Positions 48,823-57,734 of a stretch of 64,000 nt of DNA are shown here, in pieces; position 1 is the stretch's first letter, and each line of letters starts with the position of its first letter. Origin of the DNA: Chloroflexota bacterium (GTDB lineage: Bacteria; Chloroflexota; Limnocylindria; Limnocylindrales; CSP1-4). The translations under genes and the position numbers were made by a program. The notes beneath the pieces were generated by a model. The model was given only the letters and a program-made list of their open reading frames with translations, had not been told where the DNA came from and did no database searches. Where the stretch lies: positions 2,264 through 66,263 of the forward strand of contig PLZO01000034.1 of NCBI GenBank assembly GCA_003152165.1. The letters run 5' to 3'.

Positions 48823-50634
48823 ATGTCCCTCACGGATCGCCTCAGACTTGTGCTCGCTCCGCCTCTCGAGAGTTTCCTGCCCGGATCCGGGACTGCGCTC
48901 GAATGGCCCGCCGACCTCCTGCCTTTTCAACTCGAAGGCGTCAGAACCCTGATCGGCTCGGATCGACTGCTCCTCGCTGACGACATGGGCCTCGGGAAGA
49001 CCGTTCAGGCGATTGCGGCGATGAGGGTTCTGTGCCACCAAGGGGTCGTGACACACGCTTTTCTCGTCGTGCCTGCAAGCCTGCTGGACCAATGGCGACG
49101 AGAAATCGACAAATGGGCGCCAGAACTCCGAGCAATCATCGTCCGGGGAAGCCCAACCGAGCGCGCCTGGCAGTGGCGGGCCGAGGCGCACGTGACGCTC
49201 GTTGGTTACGAAACCCTCAGGGCCGATTACACAGAGAATCCTGACTCGCCCCCGCGTCGCCGCCTTTGGGATCTAGTCGTTCTAGACGAAGCGCAGAAGA
49301 TCAAGAATCGCGACGTCGAAGTCAGTCGGGAAACGAAGGGTCTACGAAGGCGGCGGTCCTGGGCGATGACCGGCACCCCGCTTGAGAACAGAATCGACGA
49401 TCTCGCCTCGATCCTCGAGTTTGTCGACCACATCGACGGTGAGCCGGTACCGCATTTCGTTCCAGGCCCCGAATTGCTCGCCCGGCACGCTGAACTTCAG
49501 CTACGGCGCCGCAAGGCGGACGTACTTACTCAACTACCTCCGAAGCAGGTGATCGATATCACTCTGCCCTTGTTGCCGCGACAACAGGAGACCTACGCGA
49601 GAGCTGAGCGAGATGGGATTGTTGAGTTGACCGCGAAGGGTGAAACGATTCAGATCCAGCACGTTCTTGCCCTGATCACTCGGCTCAAGCAAATCTGCAA
49701 TATCGACCCAACGTCGAACGAGTCCGCCAAGCTATCAGACGTCCGCGAGCGGCTGCGGGTGCTCGGCGAGGAAGGTCACCGAGCACTCTTGTTCTCCCAA
49801 TACACCGACGACACCTTCGGCGTAGCCGCAATCGCCCGCGAACTTGACGAGTTCCGCCCCCTGACGTTTACCGGGGGAATGAGTAGTGCCACCAGAGACC
49901 AGACCATCCGAGACTTCAAGGAGGATCCGCTTCGCAAGATCCTGATCCTGTCGCTCAAGGCAGGTGGCGTTGGCTTGAACCTGCAAGAAGCCTCGTATGT
50001 CTTTCACATCGATCGGTGGTGGAACCCGGCCGTTGAGCGACAGGCAGAGGATCGAACTCACCGAATGGGTCAATTGGTCCCCGTCACGGTATTCAAGTAC
50101 ACCTGCGAAGCCACAATTGAAGAGCGAATACAAACGATCCTCGCGACCAAGCAGCAGCTCTTCGATGAGATCATCGACGATGTGAGTCTCGACGTGGCTT
50201 CACGACTGACTTCGGATGAGTTGTTTGGGCTATTCGGACTCACGAGGCCGGGCAAGACGCCTGACCCGGACCCGACCAAGCGATCGTCCGGCGTGGAGTT
50301 CGAGGAGCGATGCGCACGGGTTCTTGAGGCTCGGGGTTGGAAGGTCACACGGACCCCGCGGAGCCGGGACGGGGGTGTCGATCTGATCGCGGACCACGTC
50401 GACGAGGTCGGACTCGCACAAAGGCTCTTCGTGCAGTGCAAGGATCACGCCCGCCCTGTCGGGGTCGAAGTGGTTCGAGAACTGATTGGGGTTCTACCCG
50501 CGGGCCAGCCAATTCATGCAATCCTCGCCGCTCGGAGCGGAGTCACAGCTGATGCTCAGGCGCTTGCCAATCGCCGAGGAGTGAAGGTTTGGGACGAGGA
50601 CGAGCTCGCGAACCTCGAACGTCAAGGCACTTAG
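48823..50634 (+). CDS. SNF2-family helicase fused to C-terminal Mrr-like (Mrr_cat) restriction endonuclease domain
   Basis: ATG 48823 after aaggag. SNF2 motifs LADDMGLGKTVQ, DEAQ (VVLDEAQKIKN), QAEDRTHRMGQ. C-terminal ...GWKVTRTPRSRDGGVDLIADHVDEVGLAQRLFVQCKDHARPVGVEVVREL = Mrr catalytic core. Confidence 0.85.
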   Translation: MSLTDRLRLVLAPPLESFLPGSGTALEWPADLLPFQLEGVRTLIGSDRLLLADDMGLGKTVQAIAAMRVLCHQGVVTHAFLVVPASLLDQWRREIDKWAPELRAIIVRGSPTERAWQWRAEAHVTLVGYETLRADYTENPDSPPRRRLWDLVVLDEAQKIKNRDVEVSRETKGLRRRRSWAMTGTPLENRIDDLASILEFVDHIDGEPVPHFVPGPELLARHAELQLRRRKADVLTQLPPKQVIDITLPLLPRQQETYARAERDGIVELTAKGETIQIQHVLALITRLKQICNIDPTSNESAKLSDVRERLRVLGEEGHRALLFSQYTDDTFGVAAIARELDEFRPLTFTGGMSSATRDQTIRDFKEDPLRKILILSLKAGGVGLNLQEASYVFHIDRWWNPAVERQAEDRTHRMGQLVPVTVFKYTCEATIEERIQTILATKQQLFDEIIDDVSLDVASRLTSDELFGLFGLTRPGKTPDPDPTKRSSGVEFEERCARVLEARGWKVTRTPRSRDGGVDLIADHVDEVGLAQRLFVQCKDHARPVGVEVVRELIGVLPAGQPIHAILAARSGVTADAQALANRRGVKVWDEDELANLERQGT

Positions 50635-50685
50635 TGGATCCAGAGATCTACTCAGTTTCCCGACCTGAGCGAGAGTAGGTGCGTC

Positions 50686-51942
50686 GTGACCAGTGACTTC
50701 TCCTGGCTCGACTACTCGGCGCGGGACCAGAGGCTCATGCTGGAGCTGATCGATCAGATCCGCGAGCCGGGCACCCTCGACGAGCTCGGCCTCGGCACCA
50801 TCCGCGACGGGTTCGCCGACTACCTATTCCCTGGCGTCAGCACACTGCAGACGCGGGCCCGGTATCTACTCTTCATCCCCTGGATTTTCCGGCAGCTGGA
50901 GGATGACCGACAGGTCTCCAGCGCCGTCATCGGCCGCCTATCTCGGGACCGGCAGGCGGACCTCGTGGACGCGCTCGAGAACGGGAACGAGTCCGAGGGC
51001 GTCATCGGGATCTCCGCCCGACGAAGACTTCGGCGACCGCCTGCTGACATCTACTGGGGCGCGCTCGGTCAGTACGGGATCAGGCGCTATCCCGGGTCAC
51101 TTGGCGCGTACTTCGCGTGGATCGATCGGTGGCGCGAGGGACACGTCCGTTTCAGGCAGACTCGCCGCGGCGACGGCGGCGAGCTGGTCGACGTCTCCGA
51201 GCCGAACTGGCACGCCCTGCCAAACCGACCTTCTGACCTGCTCACCGAAGCCACCTTCGCGCTGTCGTCCGAAGAGGCGCGGTTCCTCGGGGAGAGGATC
51301 CTCCTGTCCTGCCCGGGATCGCTGCTAGCGTATTGTCTGCGAAACAGGGACGTAACCCTCCAGGCCATCGAGCGCCCCGCCGACATTCCCGGGCTCGACG
51401 GGGAATTGGCGTCCGTGGCCCGCGAATCTGGCAACTTCGCTCGCGTGCTTCGGGGCGCAATGCTCCTTTACAACCTCATGCTTGCAGAGCAGCGTCACGA
51501 GGACGCCGATCCGAACGCCGCATCCCGCGCCCAGGATGCGGACCGGATCGAACGATTCCGGGCGAGGTTGGGTGAGTGGGCTGCCCTTGAGATCTCACCG
51601 CGACTCGGGGAGCTTCGGACGTGGCTTTCCAGCGGCACTTTCCGCGCCATGGTCCCGATGATTGCCTCCAGATCCGGGCAGGCGGCCGACTTCGCGAACG
51701 ACTGGATCAGCATCGCGTTGGTCGATCCGAGCGTCCTCGCAGACAACCCTGCTGCCCGTGCCGCCGTGAGCCACCGCGAGCGAAGGGTCAAACGCCTGCG
51801 TTCGCGCTTCGCCAACGCCACTGCCCTCGCGAACTGGAGCGGGGGCTCCGGGACAGGCGAAATGACCTACCGCTGGACCAACGCTCGGTTGCTTCTGACG
51901 GACATTGCTGCGGGGATTGCCCAGGAGCGCGTGGGTGGCTGA
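50686..51942 (+). CDS. hypothetical protein (418 aa), no recognised domain
   Basis: GTG 50686. Conserved-looking N-terminus SWLDYSARDQRLMLELIDQIREPGTLDELGLGTIRDGFADYLFPGVSTLQTRARYLLFIPWIF. Stop overlaps start of PLD gene by 8 nt. Confidence 0.6.
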   Translation: MTSDFSWLDYSARDQRLMLELIDQIREPGTLDELGLGTIRDGFADYLFPGVSTLQTRARYLLFIPWIFRQLEDDRQVSSAVIGRLSRDRQADLVDALENGNESEGVIGISARRRLRRPPADIYWGALGQYGIRRYPGSLGAYFAWIDRWREGHVRFRQTRRGDGGELVDVSEPNWHALPNRPSDLLTEATFALSSEEARFLGERILLSCPGSLLAYCLRNRDVTLQAIERPADIPGLDGELASVARESGNFARVLRGAMLLYNLMLAEQRHEDADPNAASRAQDADRIERFRARLGEWAALEISPRLGELRTWLSSGTFRAMVPMIASRSGQAADFANDWISIALVDPSVLADNPAARAAVSHRERRVKRLRSRFANATALANWSGGSGTGEMTYRWTNARLLLTDIAAGIAQERVGG

Positions 51943-53851
51943 GGGCACTCTCACGGGTGCGGAGCGCGATTCCTCTCCCGTGCTCCAGCCTCGCCACCGG
52001 GGGCTCCTATTCGAGGCGTTGCGGCCGCCCGCCGGATATCAGCTCGAACGAGCCGTCGGGACGACGTTCACGCTCGACCTCCTCGCGCTGCTCGTGCCAC
52101 CGGTGGCATTCGCCAACTTCGATACCGAGGGCGTCGACGGCACGCCGCTGGCGAATCCTGTCGCCATCTTTGAGGCCGCCCGTCGCAACGCTCCTTTGAT
52201 CACGGTGTTCTGCCAAGCGGGCGAGATCCGTGTCCCCGCCTTCCGACCCGAGTTCGCCTTCCTTGAGCAGGCGGTAGTCGCGGTCAGGCCGCCTCGACCC
52301 GGCGGCATCTTCCACCCGAAGGTCTGGGTGGTCCGCTACGGACCAACGGCCGAGCTCCGTGCCGCCTCGAGTGCTGGGCTGCGCTACCGGTTCCTTTGCC
52401 TATCGCGGAACCTGACCTTCGATCACTCGTGGGACACGCTTCTTCGGCTTGATGGCGTTGCAGCATCCAAGCCCAGATACGTGAACCGGTCGCTCTCCGC
52501 ATTCGTGCGGGCACTCCCTGGGCTCGCCGTCCAACCGATCGGAGACCGAGGTCGGGCAGTGGGTGAGCTCGCCGGTGACCTCGAGACCGTGGATTGGGAC
52601 CGGCTGCCAGATCCGCTGCGGCTCTCGTCGTTCTGGCCCATGGGGCTCGACGGGCGTGCGCCAGCACCTTTTGGCAGCCATCCCGACGGTCGGATGCTGG
52701 TGGTGTCTCCATTTGCGACCGGAAGAGCACTCGACGCTCTCCTCCGAGGTCGCCCCGATTCCGTGCTCGTCACGCGCGCGTCGACCTTGCGTGCCCTGGG
52801 CCGCGAGGGTGTGGCACCTGCCGAGCGGACGTGCGTGCTCCAGCCGGGTCTCGCGATGGCCGCCGACGATGACGAGGCAGGGGCGGGGCCACAGACGGTC
52901 GAGGCATCCGACCTCCAGGATCTCCACGCCAAGCTGTACGCGATTGACACGCCTGAAGGCGCCCGGGTGTGGACCGGCTCAGCCAATGCGACTGATGCCG
53001 GGTTCGGGGGCAACGTCGAGTTCCTTGTCGAGATGCGCTCGGCGGACTCGCGGCACACGGTCGCGGCCATGCTCGAGCCCGGTCCTCCCGACGAGCCGAG
53101 TTTTGGCAGCATGCTCGAGGACTGGGCGGTCCAGGGTCAGCCTGAGGAGGAGACGGAGGCCGACAAGGCCGATCGGACGCTCGGGGCGATCGCAAGGGTA
53201 CTGGGCGGGCTGGACTGGCAGGCACGGGTACGCCGGACAGGTGACGACAAGTTCACCGTGGCGGTGAGGGCGAGCGGGGCCGGCCTGCCCATCAAGCTGC
53301 CCGGCCTGACGGCCTCCCTCAACATGATGGCGTCCGACGGCCGACCGGGCGAAGCTATCAACCTCCGCGCCCGGACGGTCCGCTCGTCGTTCAACTGCAC
53401 GTTCCAGCACCTAAGCGCGTTCTTCGCGGTCCGCCTCCACTTGGCGACCGGCACAGCGGAGAGGACCCGATCGATCCTGATCGTCACGGAGTTTGTCGGG
53501 GCGCCCGCTGACCGTCTCGCCCGCCTCCAGGCGGCGGGCCTCCGGGGCGACGGCTTCTACCGCCTCATGCTCCTCCTCCTTGGGGCTGCGGACCCAACCG
53601 GTGGAGACGCCGTCGAGCTGAACAATGGGGGCGGGTGGTTCGGATCACCCACCTCCTCACCCGGCGGCCAGGAGACGCTGCTGGAGCCGTTGCTTCAGAT
53701 GCTGGCAAGGGCGCCCGAGCGTCTCGATGAGCTTGAGAAGGTGCTTGCTGGTCTGCGTCGGACGCCCGAGGGCAGGAACATACTGCCGCCCGGCTGGACC
53801 GACCTTTGGGATGCCGTGACCACGGCCAGGCGGGGGAGACGCCGCCCGTGA
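51935..53851 (+). CDS. phospholipase D-family nuclease with two HKD motifs (648 aa)
   Basis: HKD-1 GIFHPKVWVVRY, HKD-2 LHAKLYAIDTPEGARVWTGSANATDAGF. Long non-PLD N- and C-terminal regions. Stop overlaps helicase start (GTGA). Confidence 0.8.
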   Translation: MAEGTLTGAERDSSPVLQPRHRGLLFEALRPPAGYQLERAVGTTFTLDLLALLVPPVAFANFDTEGVDGTPLANPVAIFEAARRNAPLITVFCQAGEIRVPAFRPEFAFLEQAVVAVRPPRPGGIFHPKVWVVRYGPTAELRAASSAGLRYRFLCLSRNLTFDHSWDTLLRLDGVAASKPRYVNRSLSAFVRALPGLAVQPIGDRGRAVGELAGDLETVDWDRLPDPLRLSSFWPMGLDGRAPAPFGSHPDGRMLVVSPFATGRALDALLRGRPDSVLVTRASTLRALGREGVAPAERTCVLQPGLAMAADDDEAGAGPQTVEASDLQDLHAKLYAIDTPEGARVWTGSANATDAGFGGNVEFLVEMRSADSRHTVAAMLEPGPPDEPSFGSMLEDWAVQGQPEEETEADKADRTLGAIARVLGGLDWQARVRRTGDDKFTVAVRASGAGLPIKLPGLTASLNMMASDGRPGEAINLRARTVRSSFNCTFQHLSAFFAVRLHLATGTAERTRSILIVTEFVGAPADRLARLQAAGLRGDGFYRLMLLLLGAADPTGGDAVELNNGGGWFGSPTSSPGGQETLLEPLLQMLARAPERLDELEKVLAGLRRTPEGRNILPPGWTDLWDAVTTARRGRRRP

Positions 53852-56800
53852 CGTACGAACCGATCGCACCCCGGTCCCTCGCGGCGCTCAAGCCCTTCCA
53901 GCGGGAGACGGTGCGCTACGTGTTCGAACGCCTGCACGGCGACGACGAGCCGGTCGACCGGTTCCTCGTCGCCGACGAGGTTGGGCTGGGCAAGACGCTC
54001 GTCGCGCGCGGTGTCATCGCGCGAACGATCGACCGCATTCGCGAAGGCGGCGAGCGCCGGATCGACATTGTCTACATCAGCTCGAACGCCGACATCGCGG
54101 CCCAGAACCTGCAGAAGCTCCATCCCGACGGCCACACCGCCCGTGACTTCGCGATGCGAGTCACGTTGCTGCCCGCGCGAACTGGGTCGCTCGATAGCAG
54201 TGACCTCAACTTCGTCTCCTTCACTCCTGGGACGAGCTTCAGCCTCGGCGACCAGTTTGGGCGCCGGGACGAGCGGCTCGTCTTGTACCGGATGCTGCGC
54301 TCCGCCTGGGGCGGTGACGCCATGGACGCACCAGGCGTGGCTCGGATCCTGCGAGGTGACGCTGGTCTTGACGCGTTCCTGCGAGACGCCGCGTGGTTCC
54401 GCGAGCACCCGGCTGGGCTGGACGCCACGATGGTGTCGGCATTCGCCGCGGAGCTGGCGCGACGGGAGGTCGAGGACCTGATGCCCGGGGGACGGCCGAT
54501 CCGGAGGGAGTTTGCCGAGCTCGCGGCGACCCTCACCTCGGATGACGACGACCAACGGCATCGAGCCGAGCGGGCCCACCTCGTCGGCGGGCTCCGGGCG
54601 ATCCTCGCCAGGACATGCATCACGGCAATGCAGCCAGCGCTGATCATCCTCGACGAGTTCCAGCGCTACCGTTCCGTACTTGTGTTGCCTGAGCAGCCGA
54701 CCGAGGATCAGCGGCTTGCGCATGCGCTCTTCCTCGAGCTGGGCGCGAACTCGAAGACCCTTCTCCTTTCGGCGACCCCATATCGGATGTACACGCTGTC
54801 AGATGAGACCGACTCCGACGACCACTACGGCGACTTCATCAAGACGATGGAGTATCTGCTTGGGGGCGAAGGAGCCCGAGCCCTGGGTGACAACCTCCGG
54901 GCCTATCGAGATGCGCTCCTGGCCATCGACCGCCTAGACCCCGACGAGCTAGCGACGGTGCGGGACGCGGTCGTTGCGAGGCTGCGGCGCGTGATGTGTC
55001 GGACCGAGCGTCTCGCCGTGGAAGACAAGCGCGGGGGAATGCTCGACGCTGGCGAGCCCCGGACGTCCGCAGTCACTCCGGCCGACCTGCGCGCGTTCGT
55101 GGCCCTGGACACTGTCAGCCGCGACCTCAAGGCTGCGGGCGACGCCGTCGAATACTGGAAGTCGACGCCGTATGCCCTGTCCTTCATGGAGTCCTACGAC
55201 GTGCGGGCGCGACTGAACGCCCGCCGCTCGAGCCTCTCCCCGGCAGTCGAGAACGTGCTGCGCCTGGGCGACGGCATCCTCCGCACCCGCAACATCAGGG
55301 GCTACCGCCCGGTCGACGAAGGGAACCCTCGTCTTCGCGCCCTGGCGTCAGAGCTCCTTCGTACCGACACGACACAGCCGATCTGGATCCCGCCGTCCCT
55401 GGCCTACTACGGCCTGGAGGGGCACTTTGCGCCTGCGGCGGCCATTGGGTTCACCAAGCGCCTTGTCTTCTCCGCCTGGACCGCGGTCCCACAAGCCATC
55501 GCGTCCCTGCTGTCGTATCGCGTGGAGCGCGGGATGCTCCACCAGCATTTCGAGACCAACCAGCTCGTCGAGGGCGAGCACAAGCCGAGGACGCTGCTCA
55601 CCTTCAGGAGCCTGGACGAGCGCGCTGCTTCGATGACCTCGTTCCTCCTGCTCTACCCGAGCCTGGCCCTCGCCCGGTTGGGTGACCCGCTCCTGCTCGG
55701 CGCCGCAGGCACGCGATCGGCGTCCGAGGTTCGGGACCTGGCGGCGTCCGCGATCGCCGCCGCGCTCGACGAGATTCTGCCGCCCGAGGACGAGAGCGAC
55801 GATCGGACGAACCCCGCTTGGTACTGGGTCGCCCCGCTGCTCCTCGATCGTGCACTCGTCCCCGACACGGTCAGGGGCTTCTTCGGGCCGAACCATCGCG
55901 AAACGGCCGGCTCCTGGGCGACCCTGAAGCCGGGCGCTGAGGAGCGCGATGACGCCGGTAATCTCGCGCTCCACGTGGCCGCCGCAGCGGACGTGCTCGG
56001 TGGAAACCTCCCGAATGGCCGGCGTCCGCGAGACCTCGCGAGCGTCCTCGCCCGCCTTGCCGTCGGTGGGCCTGCAGTCTGCGCCCTGCGGGCACTCTGG
56101 CGGCCTCTCTCGGAGGCTGATCGCGCGGACCCCAGGACTCTACGTGCCGCCGCCCGGGTCGCTTGGGGGTTCAGGAGCCTCTACCGGCAGCCCGAGGTCG
56201 CCGCGATGATCCGCGGTTCCACGCCCGAGGATGCCTATTGGCGTAGCGTCACGGACTACAACATCGGGGGCTGCCTGCAGGCCGTGCTCGACGAGTACGC
56301 CCACGTTCTGCCCGACGTTATGGGCCACCTCCCAGGCGACAGCACGCTCCTCGACGTGGCCGACGCGATAGCTGCCGCGATGTACCGGGCGCTGACTTTG
56401 CGCACTGCCCGCTACGGCTTCACGGACCTCACGACCAAGACCTGGCATAAGGAGCGACGGCGACCCACGATCGGAGCCCGGTTCGCACTTCGGTTTGGAG
56501 TGGACGCAACCGACGAAGCCAACGAGATCCAGCGCTCGACGAACGTGCGGGAGGCCTTCAATTCGCCGTTCTGGCCGTTCGTCCTCGCCACGACGTCGAT
56601 CGGCCAGGAAGGCCTTGACTTCCACGTCTACTGCCACCGGGTGGTGCATTGGAACCTGCCGGCCAACCCAGTCGATCTGGAGCAGCGGGAAGGAAGGGTT
56701 CATCGCTACAAGGGCCACGCTCTTCGCCGCAACATCGCGGACCGCTACGCCGCGGCCGCATTCGACGGCGGGGCCGACCCGTGGGGTCAGTTGTTCCGTG

Positions 56801-57141
56801 CCGCGGCGGACACGGACGAGGCAAGGGCGAGCAACGGCTTGATCCCGTTCTGGATCTCCACAGGCCCGTTCAAGATCGAGCGTGACATCCCGGTCCTGCC
56901 TTTCAGTCGCGAGATTGAGCGCTATGAGCGCTTGCGAAGGTCACGAGCCGTCTACCGGCAGGTGATCGGGCAGGTCGCGCAGGAGGATCTCGTGGACTAC
57001 CTGCTTCGTCTGGGATCGGCTCGCGAGGTGCGGATGTCCCAGGCGGACCTCGCCGTTCGGCTCGAGGCGCTGCGGATCGACCTAGCGCCGCCGCCTCCGT
57101 CCGCACCCGACGGAGCGGTGGGCGACCCAATCGTCGAGTGA
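53848..57141 (+). CDS. large SNF2-like SF2 helicase (1111 aa)
   Basis: Motif I VADEVGLGKTLVA, motif II LIILDEFQRYRS, helicase-C/motif VI SIGQEGLDFH...QREGRVHRYKG. About 600-aa insertion between motifs II and VI. Confidence 0.8.
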   Translation: MTYEPIAPRSLAALKPFQRETVRYVFERLHGDDEPVDRFLVADEVGLGKTLVARGVIARTIDRIREGGERRIDIVYISSNADIAAQNLQKLHPDGHTARDFAMRVTLLPARTGSLDSSDLNFVSFTPGTSFSLGDQFGRRDERLVLYRMLRSAWGGDAMDAPGVARILRGDAGLDAFLRDAAWFREHPAGLDATMVSAFAAELARREVEDLMPGGRPIRREFAELAATLTSDDDDQRHRAERAHLVGGLRAILARTCITAMQPALIILDEFQRYRSVLVLPEQPTEDQRLAHALFLELGANSKTLLLSATPYRMYTLSDETDSDDHYGDFIKTMEYLLGGEGARALGDNLRAYRDALLAIDRLDPDELATVRDAVVARLRRVMCRTERLAVEDKRGGMLDAGEPRTSAVTPADLRAFVALDTVSRDLKAAGDAVEYWKSTPYALSFMESYDVRARLNARRSSLSPAVENVLRLGDGILRTRNIRGYRPVDEGNPRLRALASELLRTDTTQPIWIPPSLAYYGLEGHFAPAAAIGFTKRLVFSAWTAVPQAIASLLSYRVERGMLHQHFETNQLVEGEHKPRTLLTFRSLDERAASMTSFLLLYPSLALARLGDPLLLGAAGTRSASEVRDLAASAIAAALDEILPPEDESDDRTNPAWYWVAPLLLDRALVPDTVRGFFGPNHRETAGSWATLKPGAEERDDAGNLALHVAAAADVLGGNLPNGRRPRDLASVLARLAVGGPAVCALRALWRPLSEADRADPRTLRAAARVAWGFRSLYRQPEVAAMIRGSTPEDAYWRSVTDYNIGGCLQAVLDEYAHVLPDVMGHLPGDSTLLDVADAIAAAMYRALTLRTARYGFTDLTTKTWHKERRRPTIGARFALRFGVDATDEANEIQRSTNVREAFNSPFWPFVLATTSIGQEGLDFHVYCHRVVHWNLPANPVDLEQREGRVHRYKGHALRRNIADRYAAAAFDGGADPWGQLFRAAADTDEARASNGLIPFWISTGPFKIERDIPVLPFSREIERYERLRRSRAVYRQVIGQVAQEDLVDYLLRLGSAREVRMSQADLAVRLEALRIDLAPPPPSAPDGAVGDPIVE

Positions 57142-57281
57142 CAAGGCCACGACCCGCAGCCAATTGCCGACACAAGAGACGCCTCGTGGGAGTGCGCTTC
57201 GTCGACGGGTGTCCGGCCACTCATTCGGAAAGAGCTCGCATTACTCCGTGCTCGTTCGATGGTTTCTCGCGCCACGCCCAC

Positions 57282-57509
57282 CTACGCTGCCTCGTCGAGC
57301 ACCGGACTCTCCGGGCTCGGCGACCTTGCGGAGCGGACCAGCGGAGGATCGCGGACGTAGAGGCAGAGCGGGGCCGCAGGAGTGGCACCACAAGTCCCTT
57401 GGTTCGACTCGACGGGGCCTCGCTCGAGCGAGATTCCAGCGAGCTCGGTGGCGGTCATCTCGAGACCCGTCTTCTTGAGGAAGGCAATCGCCGGCCTCAT
57501 CAATGACAT
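57282..57509 (-). CDS. small ORF, possible HTH-like protein (uncertain, maybe frameshifted)
   Basis: MSLMRPAIAFLKKTGLEMTATELAGISLERG... in the 594-bp gap between the helicase gene and the GIY-YIG gene. Low-complexity C-terminus. Confidence 0.2.
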   Translation of the reverse strand: MSLMRPAIAFLKKTGLEMTATELAGISLERGPVESNQGTCGATPAAPLCLYVRDPPLVRSARSPSPESPVLDEAA

Positions 57510-57734
57510 TCTCTGCCTCGGAAGCCTGTATTGGCCTGGCGCGGGGAAGAACAGGCGTTATGGTTGCCCTTCACCCGGAAATGGCCTGGTGGCACACGAG
57601 ATGGATGTCGGCGCGCCTGAAGGCCTGCTCCACGGGTACACGCGGAGCAGGTAGCCGTTCGCCTTCGACGTTGTCGTGGTGGACTCGACCAAGTCCTACA
57701 TGTCGTTGTGCTTGCCGCCGGTCTTAGAGGTCTG

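Noticed and set aside
44813-50634. Canonical type 2 BREX (because of BrxD-like ATPase next to a helicase)
   Set aside because: No PglZ, PglX methyltransferase, PglY/BrxC or PglW kinase in the window. The flanking genes are unrelated small proteins.
48823-57141. DISARM (SNF2 + PLD + large helicase)
   Set aside because: No DUF1998 (DrmB) protein and no DISARM methyltransferase. PLD protein is 2-3 times the size of DrmC.
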